DNA of 64,000 bases from contig CM119266.1 in NCBI GenBank assembly GCA_051294375.1, forward strand, positions 644,240-708,239, in the 5' to 3' direction. The position numbers and the translations under genes are program-made. The stretch comes from Paraspadella gotoi (Eukaryota; Animalia; Chaetognatha). Below the pieces are notes generated by a model that saw only the letters and a list, made by a program, of their open reading frames with translations, was not told the origin of the DNA and made no database searches. Positions 1-12,415 of the stretch are shown in pieces. The number at the start of each line of letters is the position of its first letter. Position 1 is the first letter of the stretch.

Positions 1-1128
1 AAAAAAAAACAGAATGTAAGCATAACAAAATATAAACAGGAAATTGTAACACTGACGGTGAGAGATTGTGAGAGAAAGAGTGAGAGATCGTGAAACCTCG
101 TATGTGAGAACGTGAAACGGAGAGCGAGGAAGCGTGAAAGAAAAAGTAAGAGAGCGTGAGAGAGTGAGTGAAGGCGGGAGTTGTTTAACGGTGAAAAGCT
201 TAAAACTCAAAACGGTGAGAGCCTCAACCCGTTAAATCGAGAACCCAATTCTTTTTTTCCTTTTCGCTCTGTTAATTTTCCCTTTCGCCGTCTTCCCTTT
301 TTACTATCTTCCATTTTAACAGTGGCAGTTTTCTTTGCCCCCATTTTCTTTTCTTTTTTTTTTTCTTTTTTTTTTCTTTCCTGCGTTATCGACTTGTTTA
401 AGTTCATATTTATTTTTGTAATTTATGTACAGGGGTGGGACCATATATCGAGACAAAACTTAACGTCCTGCCCTGTCTGAACGATTTGAGATACAATATT
501 AAAATAGGTGCCAAAAGATTTTTCTGTCTTTTTACTTTCATATGCAATGAAACAATAACAAATTTTAAACAACTACAGGGCGTTGTGGATGTTTTCAAAT
601 CATTTAGTCAAAGCCATACTTGTTAATATATTTCAGTGGTCGTTTCGTTCATACTTTTGCCATTTCTTTTTCAGGTTAATCTTTCTCTATTCAGCTTTTG
701 AACAATTTTTCGCTGACCAAAATGTAAATGAAAGTTGATATTGCTATTATTTGAAAAACTATGGTTTTATTACGGGATAGAATCTAACGATTTACATTGG
801 AATGAATAAAATGCTAAATATATATGTGATTCTCTCTTTTTTCCGTAAAAGTTCTGTTGATTTACAAATCTCCAGAGAATACGCGAGCTCGCTTTTGAGT
901 TTCGACGTCCAGCAACTGTTTCGTTTCTTCAGTCCATCAAAACCTCTCTCTCTCTCTCTNNNNNNNNNNNNNNNNNNNNNNNNNGTGGGCTGCCAACCTC
1001 TTCACGAGAAGAGAGAGAGAGAGAGAGAGAAGAGAAGAGAGAGAGAGAGAGAGAGGAGAGAGAGAAGAGAGAGAGAGACGAGAACGAAGACGAGACGAAG
1101 AGAAGAGAAGAGAGAAGAGAGTTTTAGA

Positions 1129-1178
<50 letters not shown>

Positions 1179-2850
1179 TTTTTGATGGACTGAAAGAAAC
1201 GAAACAGTTTGCTGGACGCTTCGAACTCAAAAGCGAGCTCGCGTATTCTCTGGAGATTTGTAAAATCAACAGAACTTTTACGGAAAAGAGAGAGAATCAA
1301 CATATTTATTTAGCATTTTATTCATTACAATGTAAATCGTTAGATTCTAATCCCGTAATAAAACCATAGTTTTTCCAAATAATAGCAAACTATCATTTAC
1401 ATTTTTTGGTCAACGAAAAATTGTTCAAAAGCTGAATGGAGAAAGATTAACCTGTAAAAACGAAATGGCAAAATTATGAAGCGAGAATTTAGCAGACTTA
1501 CAGGGGTGGGACCATAATATCGAGACAAAATTTAAAAAATCAATTACGTAACTGTTAAATGATTTTTGAAATCTGAATAAACATTCAAATTAATGCTCTT
1601 CTTTAGCTTTTAATTGATATAATTAATTGTTATGAAATTCTTTGATAATAATGGCTTATTTTGATGAAGCAAAGACAAATAACTCTTTTTTCTCCGCGCG
1701 GTTTGGAAGAAAAATTGTTTGACTTTACTTATATGTTTAATCCCATTCTAAAAAAGATATCAGATAAAATTATTAAATGAAAATGCGTTAATTTATTAGT
1801 ATAAGAATACTTTTAGGTCATGGTATTCATTTTTACATTTTGTCAAAAAAAATGTTGAGGTAAGTAAGTAAGGTTCGGGTAAAAGTTACAATTATGAGTC
1901 CAATTTTTATTAAAATTAATAATGATATTGTCAGATATGTAATTAATCATGTCAGATTTTCAGAATGCATGATAAAAGGGTCAAGTCAGCAAAAAATACA
2001 TAAAAAGTATTTGACGATTTAAGCTTATTGCCTTAAAATCTTTTTTAAAAACTTTATTTTACTTACCTTAATTGAGTTTAAATAAGTTTAATTTGGATGG
2101 TTATGAAAATCTGAAATTAAAAGAAATTAAGAGAAGACATACCACTTATCATGTTCAGAAACGACCACCTGAAAAATATTAACAATTTTACTATTCAATG
2201 TAAGGGTGCGCGTATAAAAATGACTAAATGATTTGAAAACATCCACAACGCCTGTAAGTTGTTTAAAAATTTTGTTATTGTTTCATTGCAATATGAATAG
2301 TAAAAAGACAGAAAATCTTTTGGCTACTATTTTAATATGTAATCTCCAAATCGTTCAGACAGGGCAGGAGCGTTAAGCTTTTGTCTCGATATATGGTCCA
2401 GCCCCTGTACATAAAATACAAAAAATAAATATGGAACTTAAACAGTCGATAACGCAGGAAAGAAAAAAAAAAAGAAAAAAAAAAAGAAAAGAAAATGTGG
2501 CAAAAGAAAACTGCCACTGTTAAAATGGAAGATAGTAATAAAGGGAAGACCGGCGAAAAGGGAAAATTAACAGAGCGAAAAGGAAAAAAAGAATTGGGTT
2601 CTCGATTTAACGGGTTGAGCCTCTCACCGTTTTGAGTTTTTAAGCTTTTCCGTTAAACACTCCCGCCTTCACTACGTCTCCTCAAGCTCTCTTACTTTTT
2701 TCTTTCACGCTTCCTCGCTCTCCGTTTCAGCGTTCTCCACATACGAGGTTTCACGAATCTCTCACTCTTTCTCTCACAATCTCTCACCGTCAGTGTTACA
2801 ATTTCCTGTTTTATATTTTGTTATGGCTTACATTCTGTTTTTTTTTTTTT
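1..2850. repeat. Large inverted repeat (fold-back) centred on a 25-N gap and (AG)n tract
   Basis: 1-~645 is the reverse complement of ~2155-2850 (e.g. CAGAATGTAAGCATAACAAAATATAAACAGG vs CCTGTTTTATATTTTGTTATGGCTTACATTCTG). ~645-959 is the reverse complement of ~1150-1482. The right arm carries ~670 bp (1483-2155) that the left arm lacks. Confidence 0.92.
1501..2407. mobile_element. Non-autonomous Tc1/mariner-type DNA transposon (MITE-like, ~907 bp) with TA target-site duplication
   Basis: The left end is TA|CAGGGGTGGGACCATAATATCGAGACAAAA (TA at 1499-1500). The right end is TTTTGTCTCGATATATGGTCCAGCCCCTG|TA (TA at 2408-2409). This gives ~30-bp TIRs beginning CAGGG around an AT-rich non-coding interior. 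A one-ended copy starts at 430. Confidence 0.8.
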
Positions 2851-2916
2851 CTTTTTTTTTTCTCTTTTTGGCTTTCAAGAGCAGAAGCGATACAGGATAC
2901 GCGCACAAATGAACGT

Positions 2917-2947
2917 CAGAAGAGAGAGAGAAGAGAGAGAGAGAGAA

Positions 2948-2978
<31 letters not shown>

Positions 2979-3039
2979 AGAGAGAAGAACAGGCGCCGCG
3001 GGGAGGAAGGAGAGAGGGCAACGGAGGAAGCTAGAAAAT

Positions 3040-3110
<71 letters not shown>
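2917..3110. repeat. (AG)n microsatellite, interrupted
   Basis: Direct reading. Similar (AG/CT)n tracts occur at ~1010-1175, 3760-3850, 5865-5950, 9053-9165, 11720-11755, 14172-14255, 14603-14729, 26422-26590, 27582-27620, 31487-31566, 33202-33250, 41169-41241, 41808-41945, 45790-45911, 46510-46716, 50290-50371 and 53708-53822. Confidence 0.95.
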
Positions 3111-3112
<2 letters not shown>

Positions 3113-3760
3113 TACATTCTTCTGATAAGGCGCTGCCCAAAGATTTTATAAAAAATTGGATGATATTTCTTCTTCTCACGAAAAAAAAAATCTCATCTTC
3201 GTTTCCGTGTCGCCAAACTTTGGCGGGAAATTTTTGGCGCGAAATTCAATTTTCACTCAGTCTGCAGTCGGCTCTCCTCCTAACTATTTCTTTCTTTTCA
3301 ACTCTTTTTTCTTTTTCTTCCTCTTGGTTTTTTCTTTCACTCTTTTTTCTTTCTTCTGTCTTTCTTTTTTTTGCTGTCTATCATGGGTTTGTTCTTTCTT
3401 TTTTGTTGGATAGCCTGCGTGCCTTGCTAACTTTTACTTGAAAATCAAATGTTTAATTTGGCCTTAACATTGACAAGAATTAAAGTAACTATGATTTTAA
3501 GAATTCTGTGAGATCGGTAAAATTGCTAATAAAAAAAGTCCGTTAAAAAAGCCTATATAGTTGACATGTGTATTTATCTTATTTTATTTTATTTTACTTT
3601 TTTTTTTCATACTTCGGTTTTGACTGCCTCATTAATGGCGCTTTTTTTCTCTGAAAAATTTAGGACGTCCAGGGGAAGTCTCTTGCGGGCAAAAAAAATA
3701 AAGAAGAAAAGGGAAATGAAGGAAAAAAATTTAAAATTAAAGATGAACGCAAGCGGAAAT

Positions 3761-3803
<43 letters not shown>

Positions 3804-3971
3804 AAGAGAGAGCGAGAGAGAGAGAAAAGGAAGAGATGAGAGAGAGAGAGTAAAGAAACTTGTCGTCCTTTCAATAAGATATTTCACTCCCACCCTTAAG
3901 TCTTTTTGTTATGATTTATTAAAAGTTTGCGCGCGACGACTCGCAAATAAATTCAAATAAAGACACTTGAA

Positions 3972-4265
3972 GGTCGGGTTCGGTCGGTCGGTCGGTCGGT
4001 GGTCGTCGGTCCGTCGGTCGGTCGGTCTGGTCGGTCGGGTCGGTCGGTCGGTCGGTCGGTCGTCGGTCGGTTCGGTCGTCGGTCGGTCGGTCGGTCGGTC
4101 GGTCGGTCGGTCGTCGTCGGTCGGGCTCGATCCGGGTCGGTCGGTCGGTCGGTTCGGTAGTGCGGTCGGTCGGTCGTTGTCGGTCGTCGGGTCGGTCGGT
4201 CGGTTTCGGTCGGTCGGTCGGTCGGTCCGGTCGGTCGGGTCGTCGGTGGTCGTTGTCCGGTCGGT
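3972..4265. repeat. (GGTC)n tetranucleotide microsatellite
   Basis: ~290 bp of GGTC/GTC repeats; these account for the spurious ORFs 3953-4276 and 3967-4269. Confidence 0.95.
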
Positions 4266-5037
4266 TTAAATGCCATAACTCCGGTAATGGTTGCGCATCA
4301 ATTGTAGTTAATACTTGTTAAGAAAGAAGGTAATGTATCATTCTTGTGTAGTCAAGTTATGCATATGCAAATGCGAACGGCGCCGTACGCCTATAAGGGA
4401 AGTAACGCGGCGCAACAACGTTTGGTAGAATGTAAGAATGTAGATTTGGAATCCAAGCTTTTCATTTTCTTCATCTGATTCTAATATATTCTCAAGATTT
4501 CCTAATTTTCCAACGAGACTCAGAATATTTCGAGATTAATTCCACTGATCTTTTCTTCGGGAAATTAATATTTGCAACTTGAAACTCAAAACTTTCGACT
4601 TCGATTCGAAAATCAACCCAAAAACATTTTAATTCCATTTTCTGTTTTTTAATCCCTGAAACTTTATTTTAGTAAACTTTATTTTATTATCCTAAAACCT
4701 AACCCTAATCCCTAAACCTAAAAAATTATGAATTAAGCTAAAATGGTGGAGCTTTTGAAATCTGGCCCTTTTCCCTCTCCTCCCCATTTTTTTAAATGAA
4801 TCCAGGTTACTTCTTCTCTCCTGAGTCCATTCGAACTCTATCCAATCGCTCGTTCACTTCCTTCTTTCCGTCAAGCGTCCCCCTTTACATTTTAATTACC
4901 TATAATGATATAATCATATAAATCAAATTGCCTCAATTTTTCAAATTTCTTCATTTCGATTATTTCTTTCTTTTCCAAATTCAGTCTCGAATAATCAAAC
5001 CCAATCGCTTTTCGTTTTGAGATTAGATCTCTTTAAT

Positions 5038-5772
5038 TTTCCCTTCTTGCGCATTTCATCCCTTAACCACTTTTAATAACATCCGCCAATTGCCACTTTC
5101 TCCCCTAATCACTTTAAATCAGCTTCCCCTCTTGCCATTTCCTCCCTTAACCACTTAATACCATCCGCCAATTGCCACTTTTCTCCCTTAATCACTTTAA
5201 TCAGGCTTCCCCTTCTTGCCATTTCCTCCCTTAACCACTTTAATAACCATACCGTTCCAAATTGCCACTTTCTCCCCTAATTCACTTTAAATCAGCTTCC
5301 TCCTCTGCCAATTTTTCCATCCCTTAAATTTCACTCGAAAAGAAAACCTTTCTCTTTTCGCCTTTTTTCCTCACTTTAATTTCACTGTAATCTCCCTACC
5401 TCGCACTTGCCACTCTTCCCTTTAATCACCTCCGCCCACTTCCAACTCTTCCCTTTAATATCACCTCCACCCACTTCCAACTCTTCCGCTTTAATCACCT
5501 CCACCCACTTCCAACTCTTCCCTTTAATCCACCTCGCCCCGCACTAGCCACTCATTCCATTAATCACCTCCCCTACTTGCCACTCTTCCCTTTAATCAGC
5601 TCCACCCACTTCCAACTCTTCCCTTTAATCAACTCCACCCACTTCCAACTCTTTCCCTTTTTAATCACCTCACCCCTACTTGCCACTCTTCCTTTAATCA
5701 CCTCCACCTACTGCCAACTCTACCCTTTAAATCACCTCACCCCTTCTTGCCACTCTTCCTTTAAATCACCTT
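5038..5772. repeat. Compound minisatellite: ~3 x ~83-bp units followed by ~11 x ~33-bp units
   Basis: CATCCGCCAATTGCCACTTTCTCCCCTAATCACTTTAAATCAGC recurs over 5038-5330. It is followed by CCAACTCTTCCCTTTAATCACCTCCACCCACTT units (TTTAATC at 5591 and 5624, 33 bp apart). Confidence 0.85.
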
Positions 5773-6039
5773 CTCGGGTCGAGAGGCGTCGACTATTCCA
5801 CTCTTTCTTAACGATGGGACTCGTATGGAGACTTTGAATCTGGAATCCGGACGGCCGTAAACAAAGAGAGAGAGAGAGAGAAGAGAGGAGAGAGAAGAGA
5901 GGAGAGAGAGAGAGAGAGAGAGAGGAGAAGAGAAGAGAGAGAGAGAGAAATAAGACACATAATCTCAGACTGTAAAACGAACAAAAAAAAACGAGAGAAA
6001 GAACGTCCACGAACGAAGGTTTCGAATTTTCTGTTGTTT

Positions 6040-6340
6040 CCATGAAACGGCACGCATGCACGCATGTACGCACGCGTGTGACTTCCGCCGTACGTGCGCG
6101 AGGAATCGCGCGCGTTTAGAATATTTACGCGACGACCGGTCAACTGACGACGACGGACGATTGAAAATGGACGAAAATAACGACGATGGTGTTTTTTTAA
6201 CAGACACGATGAAGAGCCCTAAAGTCGATGACAATGATGATGAACAATGATGCCTGACAAGGGACGATCTAAATGATGACGAAGACGAAGAGACGACGCG
6301 ACACGGAAAAAATGGCCGCTGAAACTGCGTCGAATCTCTC
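6040..6340. promoter_or_regulatory. CpG-rich promoter-like island
   Basis: Dense CpG (CACGCATGCACGCATGTACGCACGCGTG, GTGACTTCCGCC ETS-like, CGCGCGCG, AAAATGGCCGC YY1-like) in an AT-rich background. No linked gene was identified. Confidence 0.35.
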
Positions 6341-7179
6341 ATCTACTTTCCGATGGTGGATGTTGCAAGAATGGAGGAAGATCTCAGTGGAGAATTCATT
6401 GTAAGCATTTTAGTGAGAGAGTCGATGTGAAAAAAGTGAGTGAAAAAGTGAGAAGATTAAAATAGTGAGAATAGGATCAGATAGTGAAATAGGAAGAATA
6501 TAGAGATTAGGTTTTTAGAATGAACGAAAAAAAGTAGTGAGATTAGGATTAGAGTAAGTCCAATAAGTGAGAATATAGAGATTAAGTTGAGAATAGTGAG
6601 ATTAGATTAGGATTTATGAGAGGAGGGAAGGACTTTAAAAACATGAGATCGGGATTTGTAAGCTCAGGAAGGAATGGATAAAAGGAGGAAGCAGCGTCCG
6701 GCTTTTCCGAAATGCTCAGCGTTAATCCTGAAATTTGAGCGGAGTGGAGTGGAGAAAGGAGAGGAGAAGAGAAGTTATGGAGAGGAGCTGTCAATGGATT
6801 AGAGGAGCTAAACTTTTTTTAAATGTTTAATTAATTGAGGGTTTTAAAAGCGAGAGATCTAATTATGATGCCTAAGTGAAGTGGAAAACAATTTATAGCC
6901 AGCAGACTAAAGTCCTTAACGGTTGAGTCGGTGAGATTCACCCAGTGGTCATCGTGAGATTCACCAGTGAGATTCACAAGTGGAGATTCACCAGTGGTCA
7001 TCGTCCGTCGTTCGTAGTCGTTTTCGTCTTTTTTGAGTCACTAAAACTATTCATAATGTCATATGTCAATAAAATGTCATATGTCCTATGATATATTTTC
7101 CATCCATTAAATATGGTCAATACAAAGAGCCCCAAAAGGACAGAGGAGGTAAAACGGAGAAAGAAAATTAAATTGAAAA

Positions 7180-7570
7180 TTTATTGGTGGACTAAAATGC
7201 CACCAACCGTTCATCAGCGGCCATTGGTGCCAGAGCAAGTCAATTCGCCTCCCAACCCAAAGGTCCGGTGTTCTCGCCAGGTGGTCGCCTAGCAGTTAAA
7301 GAGGGACGGGGCGCTTAACCCCGCCTGTAACAACGGTGTTTCAGCCTGATCTGAAGCTCAGCGGACTTGCTTATTTTGAACGTTCTGTCATCTAACATTT
7401 TGAAGAGGGCTGGTTTATCAGGGCTGCAACACTGATTTCTCAGGCTACGGTGTCACCGCTCGTTGAATCGCTTTGCGAGACTAGCGAGAACAAGCATAAG
7501 TTGTCATGCCTAGTGCAGAAGCTTTGGATTGAACAGTCCATTAGCGCCGCCCACTTCGCTGAGTTAAGCA
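7180..7570 (-). mobile_element. Possible 5'-truncated 3' end of a non-LTR retroelement with structured 3' UTR
   Basis: GC-balanced island ending, on the minus strand, in hairpins and AATAAA (7180-7185). A frameshifted minus-strand peptide ALGMTTYAC..SRKAIQ weakly resembles the C-termini of restriction-like-endonuclease LINEs. Confidence 0.25.
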
Positions 7571-8779
7571 GAAAACGTCTCTCCTTTTTCATTTCGTCTC
7601 TCTCTTTATCTCATTTCGAGTCTTTAAATCTTTTTCTCCTTTCTTTCTTTCGTTCCCTTTTCCTCGTCCGCTTCCAATTTCCTCCAAAACTTCAATCAAT
7701 ATTTTGGCAGAAGAATCTATCTTCTAGTTCACGAAGACTAACGCTCCAAAATATATAGAGAAGAGTTCCACAAACATTTTTGATTCAACCTTTTCGCCAA
7801 TCAACTCTCTTTAATTTTAACCCGTGTTCCTTTTCCTCGTTTCCTTCCTACTCTCTTTACTTTCTCATTCAGTTATACTTCTTTTCCCATTACTTTCATT
7901 TTATTTTGTCATTTTGACAAATTGCATACATACGTATTTCGTATTCTCTTCATTCCATTTTTTTCTCCATTTAATTCTCCCTTCGGACCTCATCTCCATA
8001 TTTTGTCCCAATTTTTTTTTCATTTTTCGTTTCGGCCCAAAAAGTCGAACCGTCCGTTCGGCCCTTAGTAACCGTGGCGCCCCTTAATCTATTAAGNNNN
8101 NNNNNNNNNNNNNNNNNNNNNNNNNNNNNNNNNNNNNNNNNNNNNNNNNNNNNNNNNNNNNNNNNNNNNNNNNNNNNNNNNNNNNNNNNNNNNNNNNNNN
8201 NNNNNNNNNNNNNNNNNNNNNNNNNNNNNNNNNNNNNNNNNNNNNNNNNNNNNNNNNNNNNNNNNNNNNNNNNNNNNNNNNNNNNNNNNNNNNNNNNNNN
8301 NNNNNNNNNNNNNNNNNNNNNNNNNNNNNNNNNNNNNNNNNNNNNNNNNNNNNNNNNNNNNNNNNNNNNNNNNNNNNNNNNNNNNNNCCTGGTTCTAATC
8401 CTCACGGCCTTACCCAATACCCACCGTGAGTCGAGCCTCGAAAAGGGGAAAGCTGTTTTCCTCGAGAGGCAACCTTTTTTTCTCTTTGAGATCATTGAGC
8501 CCAAATAATGATAATATTTACCTTAACGCTACCTTAAATATTTGTTTTCTCTTGTTCGGTGTTTTTAAATTTAATTTAAATAATATTTCTATGTGGTTCC
8601 GTTTAAATCAGTGTAGAAACATATCATTAATGGCCCCCTCTCTTTCAATCTCTCTCCCTCTTTCTCTTTCGCTGTCTTCCTGTCTTTTTCTTTCCAAATC
8701 TGGCCCAGCCAGATAGACAGCCATCTAGACTTTTTCCTAAGATTTTTTTTCTAAACAAATTTTTCGTTCATGACCGAAA

Positions 8780-8872
8780 ATTGGTTAAAAATAAAAATTT
8801 CAATGCGAAGAGAGTCGATGAGAAGTAGGAAAGGTAAGTTGACGAGGTACGGTCCGAAAAGCAGAAGCAAAA

Positions 8873-8905
<33 letters not shown>

Positions 8906-9800
8906 CAGAGAGACAGAGAGACAGACAGCCCTTTCGGAATTTCCTTCACGTCCGGGACACGTATGACCCCAAACTTTCTTTACTGCTCCTCTTCTCGAAA
9001 AAGTTGGGGAGTGAGGGAGCAATCAAGNNNNNNNNNNNNNNNNNNNNNNNNNCTCTCTCATCTCTCTCTCTCGTTCTCTCTCCTCTCTCTCTCTCTCTCC
9101 TCTCTGCTCTCTCTTCTCTCTCTCATCTCTTTCTTTCTCTCTCTCTTCTCTCTCTCTTCTCTCATCTCAAACATCAGACCGATCGTGCAAGGCGGCCATT
9201 TTGTTTCCTTCAGCTTCGGACATCCCCGTTGGAGACAGGGTACAGCGTCCTCTGCGTTTGCCAGGCCTCTCTTCTCTCTGTTCTTCTCTTTAATTCGGAA
9301 CCATTCCCCCCACCTGCCCACCCGTCCGCAAATGCCTTCTTTAGACGAAAACCCCGACGTCCATAATCCCTCACTACTCCGACCACTTCCCCACCTGCCC
9401 CCATCCCCTGCTGTGAACTTGTCCAACTTGATTGCTCCCTCACTCCCCCAACTCTTTTTTCGAGAAGAGGAGAGTAAAGAAAAGTTGGGGTCAGTATACG
9501 CGTGTCCCGCCGACGTGAAGGAAATTACTCGAAATGGGCTGTCCTGTCTCTCCGCTGGAGTCTCATCTCTCCTTTGTCTCCTCTTCTCGTTCAATCCGAT
9601 CTTTCCTCTCTCCTCCTCTCGTTTCTCTGAGCTCTCTTCTTTTTTGTGCTTCTGCTTTTTTTTTTCGGACCGTACCGTCGTGTCAATCAACCCGATTACA
9701 TTCTCCACTACTGGATACACTTCTTCATGCTATAGCGCAGACATCTGCGTCTTCTGTTCTCTTTCCCTGTTCTCGCCATCTGCAATTCATTCTTTCCGTT
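8780..9800. repeat. Inverted duplication around the 25-N gap 9028-9052
   Basis: 8845-9027 (..GGGGAGTGAGGGAGCAATCAAG) is the reverse complement of ~9427-9680 (CTTGATTGCTCCCTCACTCCCCC..). The distal part of the second copy is insertion-rich. Confidence 0.8.
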
Positions 9801-11419
9801 GGTTCATTGTTATTTTTTATATAACTAGCATCTTTAATCTTTTAATTTTTTCCTCATTACACTTTTTCTCTCTTCTTTTAATTTTCTTCGCGCCGCCAAG
9901 AGGTCATTTCCTCTGGGAAGGTCCCTAATTTCAACGCGGGCAACCAGCCTGGAACCTCATGGGGGGGCCAGTGACACCGATCGTTTGAAAACAAACACGC
10001 AAGTAATTGAAAATAAAATTGAAGATGAATAAAAAAATGAATTATTGTGTTTAGTAAATATCATAGATATAAAATAATAAAACGTATATATTCATTTAGT
10101 CTAATATATACGTCTTGTTTGAAACCGAGAATTAATTATATTGATTAATTTCTTATACCGATCGTCATGACGACTGTAATTCCTTAATAAAAAGTTAATT
10201 ATATTGCTTGGTCAGATGTTAATTGGTCCCAATAGTTAAAAGCATGATTTTGCAAGTAAGGTGTAGCAGGCAGACGCAGGCTATCATAACAAAAAAGAAA
10301 CGATAAGCATGTTAGACAAGGGAAAAAAGAACGAAAAGACAGAAAGAAAGAGAAAAAAGTGGGAGTGAAGAAAAAAACGGGGAAGAAGGGAAAGAGAAAA
10401 GAGTCGAAAGAAAGAAATATATAGGAGAGAGCGACTGGAGACTCCGAGTTGAAAATTTGAATTTCACGGAGTCGCTGTCTAACAGCCTATTCTGGGTCCT
10501 GTGCCTCTGAGCCATAATAACTGTGTTTTGTCGCGCCTGCCAAAGTTGGCGACGGAAACTGTAGGCGGAGAGACCCCAAGACGAATTAGTCTTATTTGGT
10601 AACAAGAAAATTTTTATCTTATGCACAACAGATAAATCGTGGAGAAAGAGCAAGAAATAATCATAAGATATAGCAACTTAAGGCTAATGTCATTGACACG
10701 GAAAGCTTGAAAAATAGAATGATGAAAGTAGTGGGTGACCTCATCTAGCAGGAGAGGGATCCCATGCAGATTGCTTGAATTTGACCGAGACTACTGAGTT
10801 CTTGGGCTGTAATGCAGAGTCAGTCGTATCCCTTGAGTTCGTTATCACTTTCACTTTACTTTTCTGTAGTGATACCTCCTTTCGTTGAAAACGTATCATG
10901 TAATATGGTAGAGAGAGCGAGAGGTTTGGGAGGAGGGAATTGATTACGGGGTTGGAGATCGGAAGATGGTAAACGGTTACAAGCCCGAAGCCAAGTGGGT
11001 TGCATTCATAGAATGGACATTGAAGTTATAATAAAAATCAGACTAATTCAAAAAAACATTTAATCTTATTAAAAGATTCAATCATTGATGTTTGAAATTG
11101 AAATTCATTACATTAAATTATACTATTTGTCTTTGCCAACGATGTCATTAAATATTGTTTTATCGTTTTATCTTTTTATCTTTTATTTCAGAAAAAAATA
11201 TAAGGGAACAGACACTAAGGTCGACAAATCCTCACAAATCATTTTTATTGGTCGAAAATCGGTGAAAATCGGCCAATCGCAGAACCGCATTTCAAGAGAG
11301 AAAAATAATCTCCGCATAATTCAAACTTTCAACTTTGAATCAAACAAGAATCAAAATGGGGATTGAATCTTGTGATTGTGTTTGTGCGACCCATTAGTCG
11401 CAGACTCCCTCTCAAACTG

Positions 11420-11600
11420 ACTTTTCTTTTCTTTTCTTTTTTTCTTTTCTTTTCTTTTCTTTTCTTTTCTTTTCTTTTCTTTTCTTTTCTTTTCTTTTCT
11501 TTTCTTTTCTTTTCTTTTCTTTTCTTTTCTTTTCTTTTCTTTTCTTTTCTTTTCTTTTCTTTTCTTTTCTTTTCTTTTTTTTCTTATCTTTTCTTTTCTT
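11420..11600. repeat. (TTTTC)n pentanucleotide microsatellite
   Basis: Direct reading; a similar T-rich tract lies at ~35050-35415. Confidence 0.95.
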
Positions 11601-11718
11601 CTCTGTTCTTCGATTCCCTTTTGTTTGTCTTCTCTTTATTTCTGCGACGCTAGAAACGTCATTTGTCAATCCAATGTCGCTGCAATCGAATTTGACTCCT
11701 GAGATGAGCAAAATATTT

Positions 11719-11758
<40 letters not shown>

Positions 11759-11839
11759 CAAAAAAAGCCACTCCATTACCGAAACCGTAATCTGGGTCGT
11801 TTTTCGTTTACTCCCCCCTCCCGCCCCCTTCCCTTTTTA

Positions 11840-12091
11840 GTTGTCGTCGTCGTCCTCTTCGCTTCTGTTGGTAAACAAACATAAACAGTTTTGGCCATGA
11901 CGTCCGTTTGAGAGGAAGGACGACGACGACGACCACGACGACGATGACAAAGACAACGACGACGTCAACTGACGACGAAGATGACAACGGCAAAGATAAC
12001 AACGACGGTGACGGTGATTATAGAGGATGACACGATGATGACGACCGTTGAGTGATGATTTTGACGACGGTGATGACAACGATAACGACGA

Positions 12092-12124
<33 letters not shown>

Positions 12125-12160
12125 AGACAACGACGACGTCGACAACGACGACGTCGACAC
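11840..12160. repeat. (GAC/GAT)n trinucleotide low-complexity tract
   Basis: Direct reading. A related tract at 27463-27541 also lies next to a ATTTGGCTCTCTC/ATTGGCCTCTCTC-(CT)n junction (cf. 11715-11755), suggesting a shared dispersed repeat. Confidence 0.8.
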
Positions 12161-12263
12161 CTTTTAAAGCGAAAGACCTCGAGGCGAAGGAGGATTTTCT
12201 CCGTCGCTGGACTTGTTTTTTTGGTGATTGGAGGAGTCGCGTGAATTCACGTGAACTGTAGAG

Positions 12264-12415
12264 AGAGGTGTGGTCGGCGTGTGGGTGTGAGGGCGTGGGC
12301 GGTGAGAATGAGGTGTGGTCGGCGTGTGGGTGTGAGGGCGTGGGCGGTGAGAAGAATAGAATGTGAGGTGTGGTCGGCGTCTGGGTGTGGCAAGGGCGGT
12401 GGCCGGTGAGAATGG
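12264..12415. repeat. ~45-bp tandem repeat x3 (GAGGTGTGGTCGGCGTGTGGGTGTGAGGGCGTGGGCGGTGAGAAT)
   Basis: Three adjacent copies read directly. Confidence 0.9.

Noticed and set aside
4365-4400. Octamer ATGCAAAT plus TATAA (snRNA/histone-like promoter); another octamer near 21917 beside (CCGT)n
   Set aside because: No recognisable snRNA or gene downstream, and only ~11 nt is shared between the two sites; compatible with chance.
4690-4722. CCTAAAACCTAACCCTAATCCCTAAACCTAAA telomere-like tract
   Set aside because: Only ~5 heterogeneous units, too short to call an interstitial telomere.
10470-11030. GC-balanced stretch that might be a TE remnant
   Set aside because: No diagnostic motif, terminal repeat or second copy was found in the window.
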